Positions 1 to 10,461 of a stretch of DNA of 64,000 bases are shown here, piece by piece (the first letter of the stretch is position 1; the number at the start of each line of letters is the position of its first letter). The notes under the pieces are model-generated. The model saw only the letters and a program-made list of their open reading frames with translations, made no database searches and was not told the DNA's origin. Position numbers and translations under genes: made by a program. Source of the stretch: an uncultured virus (IMG/VR IMGVR_UViG_3300037419_002114) (lineage: Duplodnaviria > Heunggongvirae > Uroviricota > Caudoviricetes); the IMG/VR virus record IMGVR_UViG_3300037419_002114; one strand, 5' to 3'.

Positions 1-55
1 TTTTTTTAGTATCAATATCACGCTTTTGGTCTTTATTGGAGTAACTACTCATCAT
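1..55 (-). CDS. Probable major capsid protein, N-terminus only (runs off window)
   Basis: ATG just downstream of the scaffold stop with AAGGA RBS; reads MMSSYSNKDQKRDIDTKK; position after scaffold is the usual capsid slot. Confidence 0.5.
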   Translation of the reverse strand, partial: MMSSYSNKDQKRDIDTKK

Positions 56-61
56 CGCTTT

Positions 62-796
62 TTATCCTTTTAACAGATTTTTTAGTTTGTTCGAAAGAGT
101 AATTACTTTATTAAAGTCCTTTTTGCGTTTTGCATCCTCAAGTTGGACTTCGATGGATTTTACTTCATCGTTAGGGTCCGGATTTGAGGATTGACCAATT
201 ATCTTCGGCTGAGCAGTTGCTTGTGCCACGAGATATGGTTTAGATTGCACCAACTTATCTACAATCGAATCGACGCCGATTGCTTTTCCGCTTTCATCGA
301 CTTCTACCATGGATAAGTCGTTTTGAGCAAGAACAATCGCATCATCCACAAATTGTACATTGCGTTGGTTTGCAATCTTAATAAACTCGTTAATGACAGA
401 TTGCTTTTTATTTTGGCTTTTGAGTTCAGCAAGTTGTTTTTCATACGTTGCTTTTTCTTCTGCCAATTTTTTCGCTTCCTCTTTCGCCAACTCGATTTCT
501 GAAAGTTGAGATTTACGAAGTTCATCTTGTTGCTTTTCAAAATCAGTAACCTTTTTCTTCATATCATCGTAATCCGAGTATTTCTTCTTCTCACGAGATA
601 AGCGGTCATTGATGATGGCATCAAGTTGGTCTTGCGTAAGTTCCAATTTCTTTTCAGGCTGGTTTGCCGCACCAGTAGGCGTAGGGTCGGTTGTGCTTGC
701 AGTAGGCGGTGTTGCTTGAGTGTTTGGTGTTGGTGTTCCACCTGCTGGTGGTTCATCAACGTTAAATAATGGACTCATTCGTCTTTCAAATTTCAT
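62..796 (-). CDS. Capsid scaffolding protein
   Basis: Pro/Thr-rich N-terminus, TQDQLDAIINDRLSRE motif, long coiled coil, KPYL motif; located after portal and minor head genes; AGGAGG RBS. Confidence 0.85.
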   Translation of the reverse strand: MKFERRMSPLFNVDEPPAGGTPTPNTQATPPTASTTDPTPTGAANQPEKKLELTQDQLDAIINDRLSREKKKYSDYDDMKKKVTDFEKQQDELRKSQLSEIELAKEEAKKLAEEKATYEKQLAELKSQNKKQSVINEFIKIANQRNVQFVDDAIVLAQNDLSMVEVDESGKAIGVDSIVDKLVQSKPYLVAQATAQPKIIGQSSNPDPNDEVKSIEVQLEDAKRKKDFNKVITLSNKLKNLLKG

Positions 797-935
797 CTTC
801 GCTATTCCTCCTAATCCGTGTTTTACATCTCGTCAGATACTTATGCACCGATTGTTTTATGTCAGAATCGTATCGACAGAAGGCATAGACACCTTCACTA
901 TCTAGTGCAGAAAGGGTTTTATTTATTTGCGTCTT

Positions 936-1874
936 TTATTTGTTTTTTAGTTTTTCTGCAAAAAGAAGTTTATCGATATAATGACTATCCCTTGAACCAG
1001 TCGAAAGAACAAAATCGATCGTTTCTTTTTGCTCTTTTTGGTACGCCAACTGTTCGGCTGTTAATGCATCTAATCCGCTAATTGGAAGTGCTCGGTGTCT
1101 GCAATTTGGATGGAACACAAGTTTTGCTGATTGAAGTTGATCGAACGTTGGATAATCGCCTGGTGTATCTTCGGACAGTTTAATAACCGTTCCTTGAAAA
1201 TACTTACATGCATCCGTTGTATTCGGTGCAGTGGAAATCATCGCAAGTCCTGTTCCATTATCAATTCCTGCGAGCGTTGTCGCTTGTTGATTCACTTTCA
1301 TCATCACGGTGCGAGCGAGCATAATCGAATAATCGTGCATGCTCCACACTCTGCCACGAGCATCGACAATCGCTTGGTCAATGTTTGAAAAACGAGTAAG
1401 CGGATTATCGGTAGTATTCGTAAGGGTATCGGCAATGCTTTGATGAATCGCTTGTCTTGCTCTACGAATGACCGAATCAGTCGTATCGAGCACTTGGTTA
1501 TACATCTCTTGAACGGAAGAACGCAAAATGGCCTGCGAGTTTTTCTTCAGTCGAACTTCTTCCCTTGCTTTAATAAGTTCTTCTAAAGAAGAAGGTCGGT
1601 CTGCTTTGCCCATTGAAACAAGCCCTGCTACTACACCATCTTTTGCAATGTTTGAAAGGTGCATGTTCATCCATGTTTTTGCCGAATCATTATATTTTTT
1701 AGCAAGTTGGTTTAATTGAACAAGATAAGGTTGGGATTCACGAAGCGTAGTGACATTCTTCTTTCGAAGCAACAATAAAAGAGCGAGGACTTCATTAACG
1801 AAGTCTTGTCGCTCTTTCGCAAAGTCCTGTGCTTCTTGTTCATAATCTAAAAGGTACGGATCGTTTTGGCTCAT
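936..1874 (-). CDS. Minor capsid / head morphogenesis protein
   Basis: DARGRVW, ACKYFQG and FHPNCRH motifs; directly after portal. Confidence 0.85.
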   Translation of the reverse strand: MSQNDPYLLDYEQEAQDFAKERQDFVNEVLALLLLLRKKNVTTLRESQPYLVQLNQLAKKYNDSAKTWMNMHLSNIAKDGVVAGLVSMGKADRPSSLEELIKAREEVRLKKNSQAILRSSVQEMYNQVLDTTDSVIRRARQAIHQSIADTLTNTTDNPLTRFSNIDQAIVDARGRVWSMHDYSIMLARTVMMKVNQQATTLAGIDNGTGLAMISTAPNTTDACKYFQGTVIKLSEDTPGDYPTFDQLQSAKLVFHPNCRHRALPISGLDALTAEQLAYQKEQKETIDFVLSTGSRDSHYIDKLLFAEKLKNK

Positions 1875-1887
1875 CGCTCATCGCTCC

Positions 1888-3801
1888 TTAAATGAATAGA
1901 TTCATCGGAGTCGTTTGCATATCCGTATCATTTGGATTTAGGTCCGGTGGCGTTTCGCTTGTTCCTTTCGATTGACCGCCAACACCTTCTTGCTTATGAC
2001 CTGCAACTTCCGGTGTTTCGTTATATAACTGTTCTCCTTCTTTTTCGGGAACAGTTTTACCGCTACCGCTCAGAGAACCTGTAAGTCCGTTAATATCAGT
2101 AGAGGTCGCTCCATCTCCGCTTCCGCCTGCATTGCCGCCATTCACTGGCATAGTTCCAAACATCCGCTTATCATCTTCGACAATGCGTTCGATCATTTCG
2201 GATGCATGGTCATCATCCACGCCATCAAGACGCTTAATAGCCGTGCGTTGGTCGATGAGTTTCGAATTGATACGAAGAGCCATAATTTCAACTTGCTCAC
2301 GGTCGTTTCGAGGAATCCCATCTGAGAATATAACTTTTGGATACACTGGCTCATACTGTTCAAACGTTGGAACGCCTTCATTGGAATAGTTCTCAAGCAT
2401 CTGCGAGTAGTACACCACATCCGACACCGTTTTCTGCAGGTTCATCGAAATACGACTGATTAAAGCAGAAACAGGGGCATATCGCATTTTAATGCCTGTT
2501 GAATCGGTATGGCTTGAGCCACCACCACTTTGCTGAGCATTCGTTAAACTTGTACCGAATAGCCATTGCGGAAGTTGTGATTCGGTGAAGATAAAGCCTA
2601 GAATCATTTCAAGTTGCTTAAAGGCAGCGTCCAGTTTACCATCCCATGTCACGTATTGAAGAGGTGGATCTTCCGGATTTTGAGAAATATACGCACCACC
2701 CAAGCGAACCGTTTCAGAGTTTCCATCTAAATGTGGTCCGGTCAAGATTGGGTCAGAGTGTTTGTGCAAAATCCAGTCAAGTTCAGTCAAACGGTCAGAA
2801 GCGGCAATAAGCATATCAGCAATCTTTTCGATAGCACCAATTCCCTGCCACGTATGTTCAACTGTTTTATATCCAAAGTGGAATACAAGCGGAACATCTA
2901 CGCCAGTGGCAACCACGTCACCATCTTTGCGACCAGTTGGAATTTGTTCCATGATTTCAAACACAGGAATGTTTACGCCATAAATATCATTGACCATCTT
3001 CGGACGAAGCAAGTATCGTTCGTAAATCACGTATCCAGGAACGTGTTTTTCCACGTAAAGAAGCGGAACTTGTACGCCACGACCGTATAGATACGAATCA
3101 TATTCCATCGAATATTCGGTTCGATCCGTTTCAAGCCATTCCACGTACGCAATATTTACGCCTTTAAATTCAGTCGTAGACCCACGTTTCATTTCCGGAA
3201 ACACATACGAAGGATTCACCGATTCAATCACAAGCTCCGGTTTTGCGTTTTTCGGAATTTGAATGTTCGCATCCGGATACAGACGCTGAAGTTTATAAAG
3301 TTCTGAGTAGTCTTGGCGATAGTTATAAAACGCTTTAACGAACGAATCCCCTTTAATCGCTGCGTTGACGACCATATTAAAGATAAGTTGATACAAGTTG
3401 TTATCTTCAACAATACGGTTAATGGCCATTTGTTGAGCAGACTTAGGGTCAAGACCACTTTCGAAAATAGGAAGTTGGCTCATCAAAAGTTCAGCAGGTT
3501 TGCTGGCAATAACATCCGCTAAGTTTACCGATAAATAAAGTGTATCTAATTGATCGTGATAAGGCGTATCTTTTAACAGTTCAGATGCACGCTTAAATAC
3601 ATCTTTCTTTCTCGCTTCGAAAATACGCATCAAATATTCATATCGTGCAATTCGTTCGATATGCTGATGCGGAGGAAACGTTTCGCCTGGACGAATTAAC
3701 GTTTGATTGACGATTGTATCTACGTCAGTCGGTTCACCAGTGAAGGTGTAGTTAAAATCATTTGGTAAATTCCAAGAATTAGGATTATAGTTCTGACTCA
3801 T
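1888..3801 (-). CDS. Portal protein (SPP1 gp6-like)
   Basis: 637 aa, YVTWDGKL and DQRTAIKRLDG segments, acidic disordered tail, position in packaging module. Confidence 0.85.
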   Translation of the reverse strand: MSQNYNPNSWNLPNDFNYTFTGEPTDVDTIVNQTLIRPGETFPPHQHIERIARYEYLMRIFEARKKDVFKRASELLKDTPYHDQLDTLYLSVNLADVIASKPAELLMSQLPIFESGLDPKSAQQMAINRIVEDNNLYQLIFNMVVNAAIKGDSFVKAFYNYRQDYSELYKLQRLYPDANIQIPKNAKPELVIESVNPSYVFPEMKRGSTTEFKGVNIAYVEWLETDRTEYSMEYDSYLYGRGVQVPLLYVEKHVPGYVIYERYLLRPKMVNDIYGVNIPVFEIMEQIPTGRKDGDVVATGVDVPLVFHFGYKTVEHTWQGIGAIEKIADMLIAASDRLTELDWILHKHSDPILTGPHLDGNSETVRLGGAYISQNPEDPPLQYVTWDGKLDAAFKQLEMILGFIFTESQLPQWLFGTSLTNAQQSGGGSSHTDSTGIKMRYAPVSALISRISMNLQKTVSDVVYYSQMLENYSNEGVPTFEQYEPVYPKVIFSDGIPRNDREQVEIMALRINSKLIDQRTAIKRLDGVDDDHASEMIERIVEDDKRMFGTMPVNGGNAGGSGDGATSTDINGLTGSLSGSGKTVPEKEGEQLYNETPEVAGHKQEGVGGQSKGTSETPPDLNPNDTDMQTTPMNLFI

Positions 3802-4228
3802 CTATTAGCACCTCATCAGATAAGAGGGATTCCAACTCCTCCATCTCTTTTTTGATATCATCATCCGATCGCACGGTTTCAACCGTTTCTACAACATGTG
3901 TCGTCTTAATTAAGTTACGAAGTTTTGCATAGGTTTCGATTGGCTTAACAGACTCTTGTGTGCGAACCAAATGAATCAACTTTGCATATACTTCTGTTTC
4001 AAAAGATGCCAAGAACTCTTGAGCAATTAAGTTTTGATACTGAATAAATGCCTTTTGTTTCTTCCAACGATGAACAGTTTGTCTTGTCACATGGCAACGG
4101 TCTGCAATTTCTTCAATCGTCATACCTGCCACATCCGGATCAAGTGATAATTTTGATTCAACAAGAAGCAGTGCTGCCAGTTGTTGATCTTCCGGAAGTT
4201 TTGCTTGTAACTCTTTTTTAGTAGCCAT
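3785..4228 (-). CDS. HTH protein, probable terminase small subunit
   Basis: TIEEIADRCHVTRQTVHRW helix-turn-helix; overlaps portal start. Confidence 0.65.
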   Translation of the reverse strand: MATKKELQAKLPEDQQLAALLLVESKLSLDPDVAGMTIEEIADRCHVTRQTVHRWKKQKAFIQYQNLIAQEFLASFETEVYAKLIHLVRTQESVKPIETYAKLRNLIKTTHVVETVETVRSDDDIKKEMEELESLLSDEVLIDESEL

Positions 4229-4319
4229 AAGTCATCCTCCTTTTTATCGATGTGAAAGGAAGAAACTCCTTTCCAAACAAAAAAACACCCTCTAAAAGAA
4301 GGTGTAACAAAACGTAAAT

Positions 4320-5420
4320 TTATTTGCGTGAAGCGTTCTCTAAGAAGGATGAACCAGGAATTTTTTTCAATTCAATCTCAAAAATAGGAGAAAACAAATC
4401 GATCAAAATATCTTGTACGCTATCTGTATCGTTATTACGAAAGAAAGATTCTTCAACTGAAATCAAGCGATAATTGTGCGAGCGATACAACGCTTCTTTT
4501 TCTTTACGCTTTTGATTATACGTGAGAGCAAGATCAGATTTTCCATCAATCGGAAAACCCCAAATTTCACATTGAACGATTTCTCCGTTTGAAAGATGAA
4601 AGGTAAAGTCACTTCGTTTTCGATGGTTTGGTTTTGAAAAAGGTTTTTGTTCACGCTTATACGAAATACCATTTGCAAGAAGAAAGTTTGCCACAAAACA
4701 TTCATATCGAGATGAGTTATAAAAGCCAGAAGCATCTTTATAGTTTTCTTTTTCAACATTCATCTTTCGTTTGATACCGTACACACCACCAAGACGTTTT
4801 AACGAAGTAGAACCGATTTTTAGTACCGTTAAAAACTCTTCTTTCGTTGGAAAGTAACCGAATATATCACGAAACCAATTCACTCGTTTTTCAACGTTAG
4901 AAAAATCATCAAAGTAGTTATTAGGTGCTCGACCCATCACTTCGTCATAATCATAGCCAAGTTTAATAATTGCTTCTGCTAAATCAAGCCTACGATTCTT
5001 AAAGGCATGTCCAGCATGAGTTTCTAAAAATAGTCCAACATGACCATGTTCTTCAATATATTCTTTTAATGCATTCAAACGATTTTCTTCGAACGACCAA
5101 TAAATATTATCGCCTTCTTGAAGCTCACCGTTCGAAAGACGATATTGAGCGAGTTCTTTTTGGCGAAGATGACCACATTCCTTGCAGGAATAGTCATAAA
5201 TAGGATGTTCGTTCATTGCTCTACGAACTTTATGATACATTCGACTTGAATCTTTGTTGCAATACTTGCACTTCACATCGATGTAAATATTTGAACTTGG
5301 CGGTAGATCCTCCACTTTGACTTCGATATATTTACCTTTATGGTAAGGATAACCAAGGAGCAGGAGATTTTCCTTAACCGTTTCGGTACATTTCATTGGA
5401 ACAGTTTTTGATACAATCAT
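4320..5420 (-). CDS. Free-standing putative homing endonuclease (Zn-ribbon N-terminus, PD-(D/E)XK-like C-terminus)
   Basis: CKYC..CKEC pairs; C-terminal SRYE..VANFL..RE..RSDF..CEIWG nuclease-like pattern. Confidence 0.6.
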   Translation of the reverse strand: MIVSKTVPMKCTETVKENLLLLGYPYHKGKYIEVKVEDLPPSSNIYIDVKCKYCNKDSSRMYHKVRRAMNEHPIYDYSCKECGHLRQKELAQYRLSNGELQEGDNIYWSFEENRLNALKEYIEEHGHVGLFLETHAGHAFKNRRLDLAEAIIKLGYDYDEVMGRAPNNYFDDFSNVEKRVNWFRDIFGYFPTKEEFLTVLKIGSTSLKRLGGVYGIKRKMNVEKENYKDASGFYNSSRYECFVANFLLANGISYKREQKPFSKPNHRKRSDFTFHLSNGEIVQCEIWGFPIDGKSDLALTYNQKRKEKEALYRSHNYRLISVEESFFRNNDTDSVQDILIDLFSPIFEIELKKIPGSSFLENASRK

Positions 5421-6445
5421 TCAATCACCTTCTTTCGAAGGGAATCGATCTCTGAGATTTTATCAAGGACTTGTTGGAAGCACTTTTGAACATCCTCTTT
5501 GATATCAGTTTCCCAAAAGCGAAATAGAATCGTACCATTTTTTTTCAAAAACTTATTTTTTTGCAAATCCTTTTTCTGAGTTTTCAACTGACTATCATTC
5601 AATACAGGAAAACGAGTAGGATTTCCATGCCAGTAATCACCATCACATTCAATAGCAATATCATATTCCTCTAAATAAAAATCGATAGAATATCGATCTA
5701 GGTAAATATATTGAGGAATGAATTTGATACTATTCGAAATAAGTTCGTTTTTAATAGCAAGTTCAATACTGGTTTCAAAATATTTAGCATTAGTCATCGA
5801 AACAACAAAGGCACAAGAAGAACTACAACAAGGAACTTTCAAACCTTGATTGAACTCTTCTACTTGGTAAGGATGATATTCGGTATCTACTTTACCACAA
5901 ACAGTACAAGGTAATTTAACCTTACCACCTTTCCATTGAGGGTGTTTATCACCGGAAATATCTCTAAAGAAACTAGGGATTCCGCCAGAAGAAATTAACT
6001 CGCTTTTTTGTTTTATCATGCATTCTTTCGAACAAAGAAATGTTTGGTTTCTATTTATTTTACCATTAACATAATATTTTTCTTTTTCGAAAGAGTCACC
6101 ACAATATCCACATACAAGTGTAACCATCTTCTTTTTACGTGCTTGACTGATATTCACCATAGCAGGTATTTCATGAAATGCTATCCATTTACGTATGGTT
6201 TTTTTATCAATGCCACCACACAGTTTTTGAATCTCTTTTAAAGAAAGTTTTTCAACAACTCTTTTTTGAAACAACCAATCTTTATCTTCATAGTAAGGTC
6301 GAGGTTTGAGTATATTTAGTTTTCGTAATCTACGCATTACCGTAGAATGATTAACATTAAGAAGTTTAGCAACTTCATTCATCGACAATCGTTCAACAAC
6401 AATTTTTTGATGCAACCATTGTTCATCAATAGGAATTTTGTTCAT
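5417..6445 (-). CDS. Free-standing Vsr/DUF559-like (EDxHD-type) endonuclease
   Basis: N-terminal HTH repeats, CxxC fingers, C-terminal TSIE..PQY..SIDF..IECDGDYWHG; own extended -10 TGTGTATAAT near 6473-6483. Confidence 0.75.
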   Translation of the reverse strand: MNKIPIDEQWLHQKIVVERLSMNEVAKLLNVNHSTVMRRLRKLNILKPRPYYEDKDWLFQKRVVEKLSLKEIQKLCGGIDKKTIRKWIAFHEIPAMVNISQARKKKMVTLVCGYCGDSFEKEKYYVNGKINRNQTFLCSKECMIKQKSELISSGGIPSFFRDISGDKHPQWKGGKVKLPCTVCGKVDTEYHPYQVEEFNQGLKVPCCSSSCAFVVSMTNAKYFETSIELAIKNELISNSIKFIPQYIYLDRYSIDFYLEEYDIAIECDGDYWHGNPTRFPVLNDSQLKTQKKDLQKNKFLKKNGTILFRFWETDIKEDVQKCFQQVLDKISEIDSLRKKVIE

Positions 6446-6515
6446 ATAGGAATCATCCCCCTTTCATACCATAATTATACACAAAACAGAAAAAAAGGGG
6501 GAAAATTGTGCAATC

Positions 6516-8841
6516 TTACATCCAACCTTTTTTCGGCTGAATGCTAGACCTTGATTGTTTCAAACCACTAATCGCCATTTCAACACTATCCGGACCATCG
6601 TCATGTGTCGATGCTTTCGCACCAGTACCGAGTCCGAACTGTTCGAATTGATTGATAAGCAAACGATGATTCGGATTGAAACTAAGTTCACCGTTTTCAA
6701 CCATAGGATGCAACATCTCGATACGAGTTTGCTTTCGAGAACGGTTTTGAATCTTTTTCACACGCAAAAACGAAGGATAACCGACTTTCATCAGTTCCTT
6801 CTTTAACGTATCTGTTGCAAACTCTTGCATCATGTTAGCTTCACTACTTACCACCATTGGATCCCATTTTAAAACGAGTTGGATGATATCTTTGATGAAC
6901 TCATCCGGGTGCACACGTTTTAAGTACGAATCAGCGATGAAAAACTTTTTCGTTTTTTTGTCTTGTGCAACGACAGCCACACTTGAATAATCGCCTCGCT
7001 CTTTTCCTGAAGCCCAATCTATTCCAAAAGATATATTGTATTGATCGTGAGGAAATTGCATAAATGGGTCATGATAATTAAAAAGATCGCTATTAAATAG
7101 CATATCTTCTTTATTATATGGAATATTCAAAAACTCGGTAGAGAACGCATGGCTACCGATACTCAACTTCTCAATCATAAGTTTATGATACGGAAATCGT
7201 GAAGGCCACAACACGACCCAATCATCCATATCGTGACGATGTGCTCGGTAAAAATCCATCGCTGCTTTCTCGTTTGGCGATTCCATTTTGCTCGTGGCGT
7301 TTTCGTACTCTTGCATTTCTTCGTCAGTTGGCACATATTCTTTATAGATACGACAGAACTCGTTCCACAAATCTTCACGCGTAGGCTCTTCGATAATAGC
7401 AGGAAACTTATTTCGAATAAAGTCTGCACGTTCTGTAATCACATAATTAAGCAAAGATTCCGGATGAGTCATGGTCCCCATGAAGATTGTTGCACATTTG
7501 GTAACATCTCTTGCCATTTCGTTAGCGTAGTGGCTCTTTATCCACCACCTACAACTTTTCCATCGTTGTAGATCAGACTATCTCTTCACCCTCTATAAAA
7601 GTAGGATGGAACGCACTCGTGGAGATTTCTTCGGTTCTCGAATACTCTCTCTAGTCGTTACACCTTTCTGCTATTCCTAACAGACTTGGCTCGGTATTGC
7701 CCAATCATGGAGGGTTTCACCGAATTCACGTTCTTCATTTATAGAATTACTTCTATAACGCCCAAAGTTTAGGATACATTTCCATGTTAAACCAATCTTT
7801 GTTTTTCTGACGAAGTTCTGCAGTATTATTACTATCTTTTGATTCTAAGTCCACTGTGTTCATGTTGGTTCGCTACGCCAACACCGTGCAAAGCACTGCT
7901 ATATATCGCTATATAGTTCAGACTATATCTTTATCCTAAAAGGATATCCTCCATTTCGAGTCGCTTGACCCTACGCCTTACGGCTAGTCGTTGAACGTTC
8001 AATAACAGGAAAACCTAACTCACTTATGATTTATTACGCTAACAAATGTTTCAGACGATGCAACCTGTTATCGCTTCGCTGCTGATTGTCTACGGGAGAG
8101 TTCCCAGCAATTAAAAGGATTTTACTTGAACAACTTAAACTTATCCAAGAGAATGAGATCCGGACGCTGAGAACCATTACGGATACCTCGAATCTGTTTA
8201 CCCAAAGATGAACAGGCCATCATTGCACCTGTTGTGGTGATAAACATATCCTGTGCGTCTTTTTCATTCTTATTGTTATCTTCATGCAGGAGGATGCCAA
8301 AATCCTCACGAAGTTTTTTATTAAACTTTAACTGACCTGCTACCCACTTTAAGAATTTCATCGAACCTGGCAATGTTTCCGAACAAATCAAAATCATGGT
8401 TCGTTTTCGGTAGACAAGTTCACGAGTCGGAAAACTATTTGATAGGAATGCCGATTTTGCATGACCACGACTTGCACTCCAACAAACGTTTGCCGTTTGA
8501 TTATAGTTTGATACATTATCGAGAATCTTCGATAGCTTAGCGTGAAACTCCGGTGCTTTCGTTACATCAACATCACGGTCCGGAACGAGATTATCAAGGT
8601 TTCCAGGGTTATCATGCTCGCTAAAATACGTATAGAAAAAGTATAAGTGATCGACTTCTGCTCGATGTACGCGAAGAAGTTTCGTCAATTCCGCTTTATC
8701 ATCTTCGAACATATCATAGTGATAATCCGTTGCTTTACCGGACTTAATCAAATCCATCAATTTCTTCAGCTTCTCACGTAGAAGTTTAATTCTCTCTTCT
8801 CTCTCATCTCGATCAAGCCACTTTCCGTTTACATACGCCAT
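6516..8841 (-). CDS. terL: Terminase large subunit, three exons (8841-8143, 7851-7771, 7514-6516; 592 aa spliced)
   Basis: Walker A-like SRGHAKS; splicing restores Walker B RPDLILLD|DLE and MYP|ARDVTKCATIFMGT; C-terminal nuclease GID..GDYS..HDDGPD. Confidence 0.92.
7515..7770 (-). ncRNA. Group I intron 2 in terL (256 nt, no ORF)
   Basis: Exon ends CCT, intron ends ...GAAATG; core GAATTCGGTGAAA, AATACCGAG, AACGACTAG, GAGATAGTCTG; removal keeps the frame. Confidence 0.92.
7852..8142 (-). ncRNA. Group I intron 1 in terL (291 nt, no ORF)
   Basis: Exon ends in U (GAT), intron ends in G; P1 CTTGGAT/GTTCAAG with U-G at splice site; P10 TTTAAGTT/GACTTAGA; core AATTGCTGGGAA, AATCAGCAG, AACGACTA, AAGATATAGTCT. 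Confidence 0.93.
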
Positions 8842-8873
8842 AAAACCACCTCCAAAAAAGATTTAGAATTTTC

Positions 8874-8901
8874 TTGCGTGTAAGACATAATGTGGTATAG
8901 T
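8874..8901 (+). promoter_or_regulatory. SigA-type promoter of the recombinase gene containing a recombinase half-site
   Basis: TTGCGT-16-TATAGT with extended TG; spacer GTAAGACATAATGT recurs exactly at 25207-25220. Confidence 0.65.
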
Positions 8902-8925
8902 TATTACAGAAGGGAGTGATGATAT

Positions 8926-9777
8926 ATGTCAGATAATAAAATCACAGTTACTACAGAAGAGTTAGAAAGAATGATACAAGAGCGTGTTGAAGCATTAGAA
9001 AAAGAAAAGAAAGCAAATGGTAAAAAAGATAAATATAAGAAAAATCCAAAGCGTGCTGGTATGCAAGAAGTTTCCCCATTTACTCAAGAGCAAATCAAAA
9101 AGATTTTAGACGATTATGAGAAAAAAATAAAAAAGGCTAAAAAAGAATCTGAACGTCAACAATTACATAGAAACCGTTTAATGTTTTTGATCGGATGCAA
9201 CGTTGCTCTTCGTATTCAAGATTTATTAAGTTTAAAAATTGGTGACGTTCGTTACGGTCGTATTAAAATCCGAGAAATGAAAAATAGCAAAAACAACAAC
9301 ATCAAAATTAACGAACAAATCATGGAAGTTATCGCACAAGTAGAAGGTGATGACTCGGACTTCCTTTTCACCTCACGTGAAACCATATCCTTAGCAAAAA
9401 TTCCACAAAAAGGTTCGAAGTATTACAAAGAAGAAGGAAATCCTACATATGAAGAAATGTGCTCGATGATTGGTCGTCCTCGTCCACTTTCTCGCCAGCA
9501 AGCCCATAAAATCGTTTCAAAGGCAGCAGAAGATATCGGTCTAGTCAAGCGTGCTCCAAAGCAAGCAGGCCAACGTCAAGGTGTTATCATCTACGGAAAC
9601 TACGGATGCCACTCGCTGCGTAAAAGTTATGGAATGGCATTATATGAAGCAGGCGTAGATGTTATCGTCATTAAAGAGTTATTCAATCACTCAGACCACA
9701 AAATTACATACCGTTATATCGGACTTGCCCAACGAGATATGGACAAAGTTCGTGAAGGTATTGCAGTAGGAATCTAA
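8926..9777 (+). CDS. Tyrosine recombinase (Xer/resolvase-like, catalytic domain only)
   Basis: ALRIQDLL (R), HSLRK (HxxR), FNHS (H), TYRYIG (Y); short, no evident arm-binding domain. Confidence 0.9.
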   Translation: MSDNKITVTTEELERMIQERVEALEKEKKANGKKDKYKKNPKRAGMQEVSPFTQEQIKKILDDYEKKIKKAKKESERQQLHRNRLMFLIGCNVALRIQDLLSLKIGDVRYGRIKIREMKNSKNNNIKINEQIMEVIAQVEGDDSDFLFTSRETISLAKIPQKGSKYYKEEGNPTYEEMCSMIGRPRPLSRQQAHKIVSKAAEDIGLVKRAPKQAGQRQGVIIYGNYGCHSLRKSYGMALYEAGVDVIVIKELFNHSDHKITYRYIGLAQRDMDKVREGIAVGI

Positions 9778-9785
9778 AAAGAGGA

Positions 9786-10223
9786 TTAAAACCCTCTTTT
9801 TATTTTTGTGATTCGATAGTCCTTCGCTTGAATCATCGTCATTAAATAAATCAATCCATCGTATGCTTTTTCAGAATCACCACACGTATACAAATCGATG
9901 CTGGCGTATCCGTTATGTTCTGGATACGTATGAATCGATAAGTGCGATTCAGATAAAAGTGCCAAAACGGTTGCTCCTTGCGGTTCGAACTCGTGAGATG
10001 ACGAATCCAATAGCGTCATTTCGGCACGATCAATGCACGTCTTAAATGACTGCAGTAAATACGTTGCATCAGAGAGAATATTAAGGTCGCACTCAATCGC
10101 TTCTACGATAAAGTGCGTACCTACTTCGAACTTCATTTGTCCAAACGAAAAATGAGTGTCTATTTTAAATTGTCCACCATCGTCAAATACAATCTTATTC
10201 ATCTTCTTCTTCATCATCCTCAA
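9786..10223 (-). CDS. speD: S-adenosylmethionine decarboxylase proenzyme
   Basis: HEFEPQGAT..LLSESHLSIHTYPE..SIDLYTCG signature with ES self-cleavage site; exact start uncertain. Confidence 0.9.
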   Translation of the reverse strand: MRMMKKKMNKIVFDDGGQFKIDTHFSFGQMKFEVGTHFIVEAIECDLNILSDATYLLQSFKTCIDRAEMTLLDSSSHEFEPQGATVLALLSESHLSIHTYPEHNGYASIDLYTCGDSEKAYDGLIYLMTMIQAKDYRITKIKRGF

Positions 10224-10461
10224 ACGTTAGATTTTCTAAAAACAATTCCTCCATAAGTTGCTCTTCCATATCGATGACAAATATCTTTTTCTCAAGTTCC
10301 TTAATTTCTTCTTCGATATCGTAGAGATAGTCAAGTCGTTCTTGCATTTCATTCATCGTTTTTTGCACTTGGACGTTTGCAATATCTTTGGTGTCATATA
10401 ATTGTGCAAGAATGTTCATATATTCTTGCTTTTTTTCCAATGGACTCTTCCACATAATCAT
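10195..10461 (-). CDS. Hypothetical acidic coiled-coil protein
   Basis: Overlaps both neighbours in operon style; GGAGG RBS. Confidence 0.6.
   Translation of the reverse strand: MIMWKSPLEKKQEYMNILAQLYDTKDIANVQVQKTMNEMQERLDYLYDIEEEIKELEKKIFVIDMEEQLMEELFLENLTFEDDEEEDE

Noticed and set aside
6516..7517. ORF-track gene starting MARDVT as an independent protein
   Set aside because: Its ATG is formed by the last three bases of intron 2; it is terL exon 3
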